The position numbers and the translations under genes are program-made. DNA of 64,000 nucleotides from Rhodothermales bacterium (lineage in GTDB: Bacteria; Bacteroidota; Rhodothermia; Rhodothermales; Bin80), in assembly GCA_965220935.1 (NCBI GenBank), contig OZ244857.1, positions 3,689,844 to 3,753,843 of the forward strand, given 5' to 3'. Below are positions 38,043 to 47,462 of this stretch, piece after piece. The stretch's first letter is position 1, and every line of letters begins with the position of its first letter. The notes beneath the pieces are model-generated. The model did not search any database and was not told where the DNA came from. It worked only from the letters and a program-made list of their open reading frames with translations.

Positions 38043-41000
38043 GCACACCAGAGCGTGACGGTGAGGATAAGATTGCAGGCGGCGCCCTACTGTCTTCGAA
38101 GCCGACTCCGCTTTCTGGCGCGGATCAAGAACGCTTCCGTGAGACGACGGCAGGCCAACGCCCGCCCGGAAAACCCACGGGCGTAACCGTTGCACCCTAT
38201 CAAACCGGGCGCAATGCACGCGAGACCCTTTCCATTTCCTGGACGGCCAACCCGAATGGGAATAAAGCCATCACAGGGCATGAGATTGAGTGGTCGTCGG
38301 ATGGAACCTCAGACTGGAAGGATCTTCGCACGGTTGCAGGCGGACTAACGGAAACGCTTTTCACTGGCCTCTCGCCAGGCACCACGCGCCACATCCGGAT
38401 CCGAAGTAGGGATGCCGACGGGGATGGTCCCTGGTCCGATGTCGTCTCTGGGAGGACCAACGGGCGAACCCGCCCTGGTCCACCATCTACACTGACAGCA
38501 AAAGTTGACAGCCCTTCCATGATTACTGTTTCATGGACACCCGGCGATGATGGGGGGAGTCCGATCACGGGGTACATAGTACGTGTTTTTCCAGTCAATA
38601 GTTTAAGTACTTTATATACAAAAACCACAGAGCCTTCGGTCAGGAGCCACACGATCACGGGACTTACAGCAGCCACGACATATAGATTGAATGTACAGCC
38701 GCAAAATAAGATTGGCACTGATGGTTCATTAAAGCTAATCTCCGTCACTACCAGTGGCGCGACCATACCCGGCCCACCTGCCTCCCTTACTGCGACGGTT
38801 GCTGGCCCTACAACCATCAATCTTTCATGGGATCCTCCCATAGAAACGGGTGGCAGCCCGATCACGGGGTACATAGTACGTGTTTTTCCAGTCAATAGTT
38901 TAAGTACTTTATATACAAAAACCACAGAGCCTTCGGTCAGGAGCCACACGATCACGGGACTTACAGCAGCCACGACATATAGATTGAATGTACAGCCGCA
39001 AAATAAGATAGGCACTGATGGTTCATTAAAGCTAATCCAAGCCACCACCGATGCCCTCACCGCCCCCGCCGCCCCGACGGGCTTGACAGCGACGGCTTCG
39101 GGCCGCTCCACGATCAACTTGAGTTGGATGGCCCCTTCGGACAACGGCGGCGCGGCCATCACGGGCTACCGGATTGAGTCAAGGCTGCGATCCGAAACCA
39201 GCTTCAGCACTCTCGTCCCTGACACCAAAACCACCAAAACGGACACGACACATACCGGACTCGCGCCATCGACCCAGCGGTTTTACCGGGTCCGTGCCAT
39301 CAATTCCGAAGGAGCGGGGGCGGCATCCAGTTCCGCCACGGCCATCACGGCCGCGGCCACGCGCCCCAGTGCCCCCAGGAACTTGACCGCCACGGCTTCG
39401 GGCCGCACCACGATCATCCTAAACTGGACGGCCCCTGCAGATGACGGCGGCTCAGCCATTACCTTTTATCGCGTTGGCGTGTCAACGAATCAAGGAACTA
39501 GTTGGACCGGTTTGGCCGACGTCCGGGGAGCCACCACCTATTCGCATACGGGGCTTTCGGCGGGGACGCGGCGCGATTACCAGGTGGTGGCGGCCAATAG
39601 TTCGGGGCTGGGCTTTAGTGATCGCTCGAATGTGGTGCATGCCACGACGAACGCAGCCACGGCGCCGGGTGCTCCCAGCAGTGTCACGGCCACGGCCGAC
39701 GGGCAAACGGTGATCAATCTGAGATGGACGCTCCCGGCCGATGATGGGGGCAGGGCCATTACGGGCTACCGGGTGCAGTGGTCGTCCAACGGAAATGCGC
39801 CATGGACGAATGTTACGCCTGCACACACCGGAACAGGTCGCACCTACCGCCATACAGGGCTCAGCGCAGGCACGACGCGACATTACCGGGTCTTTGCCCG
39901 CAACTCGGTGGGTGAGAGCACCAGTGCGTCTGCTGTGGCCACAGCGACCACGGCGGCCGCACCGACCCTCACCACGCCCGCGGCCCCCACGGGGTTAAGG
40001 GCCGAGGCCGAAGGCCCGGAAACGATCAGCCTATCCTGGAACGCACCTACCAATAACGGGGGCGCAGCCATCACCGGCTACCAGATTGAAGTCTCTCCCA
40101 ATGGCACCTCTAACTGGGATGATTTGGTGGCCAATACTGGGTCCACCACGACCGGCTATGTCCATAGGGGCTTGGATGCCGGCACCACGCGTCATTACCG
40201 GGTCTATGCCAGAAATTCGCAGGGAACGGGGGACGCCTCCAATGTGGACGATGCCACGACCCTGCCTGCCACGGTCCCTAAGGCCCCTACGGAGTTGACC
40301 GCTGCGGCCGACGGGCAAACGATCATCAACCTGAACTGGAAAGCCCCGACCAATAGAGGCGGGGTACCGCTTACCGGGTACCAGATTGAAGTCTCGCTCA
40401 CAGGAACAGGGGACACATGGACCAAGGTTACGCCTGCACACACGGGAACGGGGCGCACCTACAGCCATACGGGGCTCACGGCGGGTACGACGCGGCATTA
40501 CCGGGTCTATGCCAGAAATTCAAAGGGGACCAGTGCAGCAGCGTCCAATGTGGCCAGTGCCACGACCACCGCCGCCGCCACAGCCCCGGGTGCCCCGCCC
40601 AATTTACAGGTTTTTCCTACAGGTTTTCATGATGTGAGACTTACCTGGGGACGTCCGCCCAGTGATTCGCCGATCACAGGATACAAGGTGGAATGGTCTA
40701 CCGATGGTGGCACCAACTGGGAGACGTTGATTGGATACGACGATCTGACTCGGACGAGGTACGAGTTTCTCAGTAGTCGCTTGACGCCGGGGAGCGTGTT
40801 TCATTTTCGGGTTCTGGCACGCAGTGCATTGGGAGATAGTGCCCCTTCGGATGCAGTGTCGGTCACAGCCGCCTCGGCCTCTGGGTCAGGCATTGCCACC
40901 AATGTACGGGTGCGCCAGACGTCGGCCAACGCGGCGCAAATTTCCTGGGATGCCCCGACCGATCTTCCTTCCGGCCATCAGACGTTTGGATATAATGTTT

Positions 41001-43528
41001 ACAAATCTGATGATGATGGGGATTTTTGGTCACTGTTCGCACGGGATGTCACCACGACAACCTATACCGATGCTCAGGTATCGGCGGCTAAGACCTATGG
41101 GTATCGGGTTACCACCTGGATTGGTCCGAGCGAGAACGAAGCCCTTCAGAGTCAGTTCTCCGATGCCGCTTTTCTAACGATAACGATTGCTACGGCCACC
41201 GCCCCTGGCGCACCGACGGGATTGACGGCCACGGCCTCTGGCCCGACGATCATCAATCTATCATGGACGGCGCCATCCAATACCGGCGGTGCAGATATTA
41301 CTGGCTATCGGATTGAGGTTTCGCCCAATGGCACGTCAAACTGGACCAATCAGCAGGCCAATACGAGATCCACTGCGACCACCTACGCCCATACAGGACT
41401 CAGTGCAAATACCACGCGGCATTACCGGGTGCGTGCGATCAACTCGGTTAACTCTGGGGCGCCCTCCAATGTGGCCAATGCCACCACCGCAGTCGCGACA
41501 GTGCCGGGCGCGCCGACTGGACTGACCGCAACGGCAGACGGGCAAACCATCATCAACCTGTCGTGGACCGCACCTACCGATAACGGCGGCGCGGCGATTA
41601 CGGGCTACCAGATTGAAGTCTCGCCCAATGGCACAGATACTTGGACCAATCTGGAGGCGAATACCACTGCGACGGCGACGACCTATGCGCACACAGGGCT
41701 TTCGGCAGGCGTGACGCGTCACTATCGGGTCCGTGCGATCAATTCGGTTGGACCGGGGGCTGTATCGGCAACAAGGAGCGCCACCACCGACACGCCCAAT
41801 GCCACCGTGCCCGCTGCGCCCTCGCAGCTCACCGCTACAGCTGCAGGGCGAACCCGCATCAACCTATCGTGGACCGCGCCTAACGATAACGGCGGCGCGG
41901 CCATCACGGGTTATCAGATTGAAGTCTCGCCCAATGGCACCAGTAACTGGTCGGATTTGGAGGCGAATACCACTGCGACTGCGACCACCTATGCGCACAC
42001 AGGGCTTTCGGCAGGCGTGACACGTCATTATCGGGTCCGTGCGATCAATAGCGTTGGCAATAGTGATGCATCCAATACCGCCAGTGCAACCACCGACACG
42101 CCCAATGCCACCGTGCCCGCTGCGCCCTCGCAGCTCACCGCTACAGCTGCAGGGCGAACCATCATCAACCTATCGTGGACGGCACCCTCAGATAATGGGG
42201 GCGCGGCCATTACGGGCTATCAGATTGAAGTCTCTGATACGGGGTCTTGGTCGGAGTTGGCGACGACGACGGTGACCACCTATACACATACCAATCTCGC
42301 GGCGGGGACGACGCAGGTTTATCGAGTCCGTGCGATCAATAGCGTTGGCAATAGCGATGCATCCAATACCGCCAGTGCCACCACCGATGCCCTGGCAACG
42401 CCCGATGCGCCCACAGAGTTAACGATCACAGCGTCGGGGCCATCGACCCTGGTTCTCTCGTGGACCGCGCCCTTAGATGACGGAGGATCTGCGATCACGG
42501 GCTACCGCATTGACACATCGTCTGACGGACAATCGGATTGGACGGTCTTGGTGGCCAGTACACCGTCGACCACGTATACCGTCACCAATCTGCCCCCTCC
42601 TGTCTATTTTCGGGTGATTGCGCTTAATGCCATTGGTCAGGGCACACCATCGGAGGTGGTCAATGTCACGCCCAAGGCCTTATCGCTAAGCAGCACGATC
42701 AGCGATCAAATCTATCCGATTGGGCAGCCCATCGCTCAGGTGATGCTTCCAGAGGCGCGCGATGGCACCGCGCCCTATACCTACACCTTGACACCCGACT
42801 TACCCGCGGGGCTGACGCGCTCGGAGCGCACACTCCGTGGCACCCCTTCAGAACTCACGGCGATGACATCATTTACTTGGGCCGTGCAGGACGCAACTGG
42901 GAGCGTGGCCCGTCAAGACTTCGGCCTTGAGGTCTATCGCATGTCCTTTACAACGCGTGTGGACGATCAGGTGGTTCCAAGGGGGCAACCCATTGGAACG
43001 CTCGTCCTGCCAGAGGTGAGCGGTGGAAAAGACCCGGTCACCTATTCATTCACGGTGTTGTCCCTGCCGAGTGGGCTTTTGTTTGACCTCCCCACCCGAA
43101 CTGTCAGTGGAACACCACTAGCCGTCACGCCGCCAACGCCGATGACATTTAAAGCCGTGGATGTGCATGGCGCGGAAGATAGTCTGAACTTTAGCATTGA
43201 GGTGGTGTCTCCAGTCCATGCAGAAGCGCAGACCGCACGTCCTCACACGTTGACCGTACATGCCAATTATCCGAATCCGTTTACCCGTTCCACACGTATT
43301 GTGTTTGATCTGCCGTGGCCGGCGCAAGTTGAGATAGATATTCTGGATGTCACGGGGCGGCGCGTCTACGCCCATCCTCTGGTGAGTCTGACCGCGGGGT
43401 GGGAGCATGAACTCACACTGGATCAGTTAGACCTGCCTGCGGGGGCCTATCTCTATCGGGTCATGGCCAGCTCGCTGGAAAGTAGCGCATCAGCCGTGCA
43501 GGTCGGTCATTTGATGCGGGTGCAGTGA
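38033..43528 (+). CDS. giant T9SS-sorted FN3-repeat adhesin
   Basis: 1831 aa with about 16 FN3-like units, 2-3 cadherin-like Ig units ('LPEARDGTAPYTYTLTPDLPAGL') and C-terminus 'YPNPFTRSTRIVFDLPWPAQVEIDILDVTGRRV...YLYRV'. The listed start is GTG with no signal peptide. Confidence 0.9.
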   Translation: MQLSTPERDGEDKIAGGALLSSKPTPLSGADQERFRETTAGQRPPGKPTGVTVAPYQTGRNARETLSISWTANPNGNKAITGHEIEWSSDGTSDWKDLRTVAGGLTETLFTGLSPGTTRHIRIRSRDADGDGPWSDVVSGRTNGRTRPGPPSTLTAKVDSPSMITVSWTPGDDGGSPITGYIVRVFPVNSLSTLYTKTTEPSVRSHTITGLTAATTYRLNVQPQNKIGTDGSLKLISVTTSGATIPGPPASLTATVAGPTTINLSWDPPIETGGSPITGYIVRVFPVNSLSTLYTKTTEPSVRSHTITGLTAATTYRLNVQPQNKIGTDGSLKLIQATTDALTAPAAPTGLTATASGRSTINLSWMAPSDNGGAAITGYRIESRLRSETSFSTLVPDTKTTKTDTTHTGLAPSTQRFYRVRAINSEGAGAASSSATAITAAATRPSAPRNLTATASGRTTIILNWTAPADDGGSAITFYRVGVSTNQGTSWTGLADVRGATTYSHTGLSAGTRRDYQVVAANSSGLGFSDRSNVVHATTNAATAPGAPSSVTATADGQTVINLRWTLPADDGGRAITGYRVQWSSNGNAPWTNVTPAHTGTGRTYRHTGLSAGTTRHYRVFARNSVGESTSASAVATATTAAAPTLTTPAAPTGLRAEAEGPETISLSWNAPTNNGGAAITGYQIEVSPNGTSNWDDLVANTGSTTTGYVHRGLDAGTTRHYRVYARNSQGTGDASNVDDATTLPATVPKAPTELTAAADGQTIINLNWKAPTNRGGVPLTGYQIEVSLTGTGDTWTKVTPAHTGTGRTYSHTGLTAGTTRHYRVYARNSKGTSAAASNVASATTTAAATAPGAPPNLQVFPTGFHDVRLTWGRPPSDSPITGYKVEWSTDGGTNWETLIGYDDLTRTRYEFLSSRLTPGSVFHFRVLARSALGDSAPSDAVSVTAASASGSGIATNVRVRQTSANAAQISWDAPTDLPSGHQTFGYNVYKSDDDGDFWSLFARDVTTTTYTDAQVSAAKTYGYRVTTWIGPSENEALQSQFSDAAFLTITIATATAPGAPTGLTATASGPTIINLSWTAPSNTGGADITGYRIEVSPNGTSNWTNQQANTRSTATTYAHTGLSANTTRHYRVRAINSVNSGAPSNVANATTAVATVPGAPTGLTATADGQTIINLSWTAPTDNGGAAITGYQIEVSPNGTDTWTNLEANTTATATTYAHTGLSAGVTRHYRVRAINSVGPGAVSATRSATTDTPNATVPAAPSQLTATAAGRTRINLSWTAPNDNGGAAITGYQIEVSPNGTSNWSDLEANTTATATTYAHTGLSAGVTRHYRVRAINSVGNSDASNTASATTDTPNATVPAAPSQLTATAAGRTIINLSWTAPSDNGGAAITGYQIEVSDTGSWSELATTTVTTYTHTNLAAGTTQVYRVRAINSVGNSDASNTASATTDALATPDAPTELTITASGPSTLVLSWTAPLDDGGSAITGYRIDTSSDGQSDWTVLVASTPSTTYTVTNLPPPVYFRVIALNAIGQGTPSEVVNVTPKALSLSSTISDQIYPIGQPIAQVMLPEARDGTAPYTYTLTPDLPAGLTRSERTLRGTPSELTAMTSFTWAVQDATGSVARQDFGLEVYRMSFTTRVDDQVVPRGQPIGTLVLPEVSGGKDPVTYSFTVLSLPSGLLFDLPTRTVSGTPLAVTPPTPMTFKAVDVHGAEDSLNFSIEVVSPVHAEAQTARPHTLTVHANYPNPFTRSTRIVFDLPWPAQVEIDILDVTGRRVYAHPLVSLTAGWEHELTLDQLDLPAGAYLYRVMASSLESSASAVQVGHLMRVQ
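38561..39037 (+). repeat. 297-bp-period intragenic duplication (two 180-bp segments, 1 mismatch)
   Basis: 38561-38740 and 38858-39037 are identical except 'aagattggc' versus 'aagataggc'. Both encode 'PITGYIVRVFPVNSLSTLYTKTTEPSVRSHTITGLTAATTYRLNVQPQNKIGTDGSLKLI'. The segment is visibly AT-richer than the rest of the gene. Confidence 0.9.
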
Positions 43529-43709
43529 ATGGATGTGCAACACGGCATTCCCTGGAGGCGCACCACCAGATCAAGAATTCTCCTGAGTCTCAATTAATTT
43601 CTCCTACTGAAAAAAAAGTCTTATTGATAGACACTTGGCGTACGATATAAGCGTTTGTACAAAATGTCATACATGTTCATTATTTACTCAAAACCTCCCA
43701 TATTCACTG

Positions 43710-43738
43710 TGTCATCAACAATAGAGTGATTGATGACA
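43710..43738 (+). other. candidate oriT inverted repeat
   Basis: tgtcatcaa-N11-ttgatgaca, a perfect 9-bp inverted repeat in the 350-bp AT-rich spacer immediately upstream of the mobC-like and relaxase genes. Confidence 0.3.
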
Positions 43739-43875
43739 GGTTAGGTGCCGGGTATATGTGATTTTCGTAGGGTTACATTTCATGTGCATTCCCATAGAGA
43801 GATGCTTCATCCATCAGCAACTCTGTTTTCAGGAAACACTTTGTTCAAAGTGTAACATCTTGAAGATAAACAAAC

Positions 43876-44220
43876 TTGATCGCTTGCGTAAGCGGAGTAA
43901 ATCATTCTCTACCAGTCGTGGACATAGAACCATCCAGCCGTCGAGTGCAAGTTGTAACTCTGCTAACGTTAGATCAGAAACAGTCACTTGAGCGTCGCGC
44001 CAAAACACTAGGCGTGAGTGTTTCTGAGTTGGTCCGAACTAGTGTGACAAATCCTAAGCGAAGATTTGAGGAATCGCTAGTCCGTGAGTGGGTGGCCGTA
44101 GGGCTACAACTTCAAAAGATTCAATCCCATGAATCTGATCAGAGAGAAATTCAACCCATTCTGGATAAGATAAAATCTCTGATCCAACAATCACTCTCAC
44201 AACCTAACGACAGATCATGA
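43876..44220 (+). CDS. ribbon-helix-helix relaxosome accessory protein (MobC-like); true start probably internal
   Basis: 'VVTLLTLDQKQSLERRAKTLGVSVSELVRTSV' fits the RHH pattern. ATGA overlap with the relaxase. Confidence 0.6.
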   Translation: MIACVSGVNHSLPVVDIEPSSRRVQVVTLLTLDQKQSLERRAKTLGVSVSELVRTSVTNPKRRFEESLVREWVAVGLQLQKIQSHESDQREIQPILDKIKSLIQQSLSQPNDRS

Positions 44221-45215
44221 TTTGCTCAAGTCAATTAACACATAGCTTTCAAAGTCTCGCACGCTATTTGAAATCACCTAAAGCTCACAGGGAAGACCGC
44301 GTCCGAGTCGCGTGGATGGAAGGTCGTAATGTCATCTCTGATGAAAACCTCATGACTGCTTCACGCGAAATGGAAATCATTGCACTGAGCAGTATTCGTG
44401 CAAAGCGTCCAACTCTGCATATGTCTATTTCTTGGGCACCAGAGGATGATCCGTCCAGAGGTCAGATGACCGAAGTCGCTGATCGGGTACTCGAGAAACT
44501 CAACCTGCAAGAGCATCAGACAATGCTGGTCGCCCATGGCGATGAACACTATGCCCATCTTCATACGATGGTGAATCGAGTACATCCGATTACACGTCAG
44601 CCTACAAGCCTTGGACTATATTATCGTGATGTTGAGGAAACACTCCGAAAAGCGGAGCGAGAAATGGGATTTCGTGAGACACCTGGCCATTATTACCAAC
44701 TTTCTGGTCAAGCCCCGCCCGACCGACGAGAGTCCTTATCTAAACGCGCACACAAAGCGACGCAATCTCGTGGAGACATTCCTTTTCAGGTTTTGGTACG
44801 TGAGGTCGCCGAGGCGGATTTTGATGCAGCCACTAGTTGGGAGGATTTACATACTCGCCTTGACAAACACGGACTGCAACTTATTCCAAGACGCAACGGA
44901 CTAGTTGTGACCGATCAGCATGAATATGCAAAATGTAGTAGTGTAGCAAAGAATGCCTCCCTACGCAAGCTTGAAGCACGATTCGGCGAATCATGGCGTA
45001 GTGCAGAAGATATTTCAATGGCTACAAAGATTCTAAAGCTCCAGAAAATTAAGGTTGCAGAATTATCACCAGTGGAAAAGCATTCAGTCGTCCAGGAGTT
45101 TATGCAGCTGGGTGTCAAAGGAGTTGACCTCAAAGCCAAGTTGGGACATGCGATCTATGACTCACTCAAGACTCTTACCCATGATGAAAGACAGCGAAGA
45201 GATTTCGGGCTCTAA
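44217..45215 (+). CDS. relaxase (MobA/VirD2-family mobilisation nuclease)
   Basis: 332 aa with N-terminal Tyr region 'SLARYLKSPKA' and histidine triad 'HGDEHYAHLHTMVNRV'. Confidence 0.85.
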   Translation: MICSSQLTHSFQSLARYLKSPKAHREDRVRVAWMEGRNVISDENLMTASREMEIIALSSIRAKRPTLHMSISWAPEDDPSRGQMTEVADRVLEKLNLQEHQTMLVAHGDEHYAHLHTMVNRVHPITRQPTSLGLYYRDVEETLRKAEREMGFRETPGHYYQLSGQAPPDRRESLSKRAHKATQSRGDIPFQVLVREVAEADFDAATSWEDLHTRLDKHGLQLIPRRNGLVVTDQHEYAKCSSVAKNASLRKLEARFGESWRSAEDISMATKILKLQKIKVAELSPVEKHSVVQEFMQLGVKGVDLKAKLGHAIYDSLKTLTHDERQRRDFGL

Positions 45216-45549
45216 ACCCAAAAGCCTTCGTGAGCGTGCAGAGAAAGCAACGTCAAAACATATTCATAAAGAGCTTTCGCCCGTCCTTGAAGGCATCAAA
45301 CGTAACCAACAGGATCTACAGTCATGTGTCCAAAAGATGCAACGACTACTAAGTCTTCAAAATGCACCGTGGAAAAATGCTGGTGCCATGTTATGGGGAA
45401 TTGTATTAGGCGTATTGATTTATGCACTTCTTCAACCAAGGATTGAGCACTCCAATCAGGCCTGCATGATAGGTAGCAGGATCATCAATGCTTGGCCATC
45501 TCTGTCAGAATCTCAGCGAAGTGTGATCAATCAAATGACTGACGAATGA
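45181..45549 (+). CDS. small hypothetical membrane protein
   Basis: Internal Met of listed ORF 45055..45549 ('MMKDSEEISG...'). Has one TM segment 'AMLWGIVLGVLIYALL'. Lies between the relaxase and trbG. Confidence 0.4.
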   Translation: MMKDSEEISGSKPKSLRERAEKATSKHIHKELSPVLEGIKRNQQDLQSCVQKMQRLLSLQNAPWKNAGAMLWGIVLGVLIYALLQPRIEHSNQACMIGSRIINAWPSLSESQRSVINQMTDE

Positions 45550-45624
45550 TCTTGGCAGAATCGTTGCACTCATTTGATAGCCTCAAGGATCAGACTGCGT
45601 TTCAGTAGAAAAACCAACAATTTC

Positions 45625-46509
45625 ATGCGGTGGATTTTATGTTTGACATTTGCACTATGTTTTTTCGCATTTGCGAAGGCTCAGCAACCCGCACCCGAAC
45701 GAGTGATTGATGTATCTGGGCCTGTTGAGTCAGCCATTGACGAGCAGGTGTCAAACTTTAATACTGATGGCCAAGCAGATATCCTTAAACAATCCGATGT
45801 GTTGATCTATCCTTATGGAATTTATCAGCCAGTATTAACCTGTACAGTTCTTCGAGCTTGTATTGTTGAACTACAGCCGCAAGAATCACTGATTAGCATT
45901 ATTGCAGGTGATGATCAGAGGTGGTTAATTGATCATACTGCAACCGGTGCGGGCGCAGAAACCGCGATCATTACGGTTAAGCCGATTGACCATAATATTA
46001 CAACAAATCTCATCATCTCCACCGATCGGCGTGTCTATCACATGACATTGGACAGCCCGCCTTATTCATCAGGGAGGAATCAGTATAACCCTCAACGCCA
46101 GTACACTCGGCATATACGGTTTTATTATCCGACTGAGCACAAATTTCCGCTGGTGCCTGTGGTCAAAGAATCAAAGAGCATCGGTGATCTTTCACTACAA
46201 ACATTGAATCATCACTACACATGGCGAGCTGAGAAGGGTTTTCCGTGGAATCCTATCGCTGTGTTTGATGATGGCGAGCGCGTTTATATTCAGATTCCTG
46301 CCAGTGCTTACACGGAGAATCAACCGCTTCTAAGCATTGGCGTTCGTGGCGCGGAGCGGGTGGCAGACTATGTTGTACGGGATGGATATTTCATTGTAGA
46401 TGGACTTTTTGAGCACGCTCGACTCATTGTCGGGGGTATCAAACGGAGAGGACTTTTTCGAAGACAGCGTCACTCGCAACGCGCCTTACATCTCTATAAA
46501 TCCAAATGA
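45625..46509 (+). CDS. trbG: TrbG/VirB9
   Basis: Signal peptide 'MRWILCLTFALCFFAFAKAQ' and 'HYTWRAEKGFPWNPIAVFDDGERVYIQIP'. Confidence 0.85.
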   Translation: MRWILCLTFALCFFAFAKAQQPAPERVIDVSGPVESAIDEQVSNFNTDGQADILKQSDVLIYPYGIYQPVLTCTVLRACIVELQPQESLISIIAGDDQRWLIDHTATGAGAETAIITVKPIDHNITTNLIISTDRRVYHMTLDSPPYSSGRNQYNPQRQYTRHIRFYYPTEHKFPLVPVVKESKSIGDLSLQTLNHHYTWRAEKGFPWNPIAVFDDGERVYIQIPASAYTENQPLLSIGVRGAERVADYVVRDGYFIVDGLFEHARLIVGGIKRRGLFRRQRHSQRALHLYKSK

Positions 46510-47462
46510 GGATTAGCTTTGAAGGGACTGAAAGTGAATCAGATGAATTCGTGGATCCCGTTGCTTCCCCTCGGTTATCTAAGCGCAACATCCTTGCTTT
46601 AGTGTTGAGCTTGGCAGGTGTCTTGCTCGTTTTATTTTTCAGTAGTCGCCGCCAATCTGGCCCCTCTATTACAGAGTATGAGTTATCCCCTCCTTCATCC
46701 GCAGATATAATTACTCTGGCGCCATTAGAACCACGCCTCCCACCGCCGAATCTCTGGAAGCCTGAAAATACAAGCCACCAAGAAGAACTTGGCGATGGGC
46801 GAAAAAACAGTTATGACCAGGCACGCCATTCACGAGGAGTTTTGCATGTAAACGCCTCAATAACACCTGAGACGACACTTGTAAATGATCCTATTCATGC
46901 GAGTGATCAACTGGTGCTTCTTGAAGGAAGCGTGATTGAAGTTGCGCTTGAAACCGGTGTTCATTCTGGTCGCCCAGGTCCAGTTCGAGCCAGGGTGATT
47001 CGGCCAGTCAGAGATTCAAAACGACTAAAAGACATATTGATTCCTCCAGGAACACAGCTGATTGGAGCGATGGAGGGGCTACTTGAAGGCGAGGAGCCAA
47101 GAGCACTCATTATATGGCATCGTATGATCTTTCCCAATGGGGAAACCAGAGATTTACCAAGCCTTCCCGCATTAGATTTCAGTGGTGAGGGAGGTCTGCA
47201 GGATAAGGTTAACCATCATCGTATCCATAGATTTGGGAGTGCGGCGATGCTAGCCTTAGTGGGGAGTGCCACATCAATCGCCACATCTGCAACGGCCAAT
47301 AGCCTCGTAGGGAATGCTCTTGCACTTGAATTATCAAGGTCGGCAACCGATCAATTAGAACAAGGCAAACGCCGCCAACCGACTCTCACACTTCGTCCTG
47401 GATACCAGTTTCTGGTGTATGTATCCAGAGACATGACCTTTACAGAATCATATTCTCAATGA
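46506..47462 (+). CDS. trbI: TrbI/VirB10
   Basis: 318 aa with an N-terminal TM segment, a Pro-rich linker and 'ARVIRPVRDSKRLKDILIPPGTQLIG'. ATGA overlaps on both sides. Confidence 0.85.
   Translation: MRISFEGTESESDEFVDPVASPRLSKRNILALVLSLAGVLLVLFFSSRRQSGPSITEYELSPPSSADIITLAPLEPRLPPPNLWKPENTSHQEELGDGRKNSYDQARHSRGVLHVNASITPETTLVNDPIHASDQLVLLEGSVIEVALETGVHSGRPGPVRARVIRPVRDSKRLKDILIPPGTQLIGAMEGLLEGEEPRALIIWHRMIFPNGETRDLPSLPALDFSGEGGLQDKVNHHRIHRFGSAAMLALVGSATSIATSATANSLVGNALALELSRSATDQLEQGKRRQPTLTLRPGYQFLVYVSRDMTFTESYSQ

Noticed and set aside
38200-39162. 320-aa antisense ORF inside the second adhesin, plus dozens of 60-180 aa ORFs on both strands within 2954..10588 and 38033..43528.
   Set aside because: They mirror a GC-rich, repetitive coding strand and are R/P/G-rich and low in complexity. 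They repeat with the FN3 period, and the sense strand has a coherent domain architecture through to the T9SS C-terminal domain.
45055-45180. Listed ORF start at 45055, overlapping 160 nt of the relaxase gene.
   Set aside because: The overlapping part reads as an out-of-frame shadow of the relaxase. An internal Met at 45181 gives a plausible small membrane protein instead.
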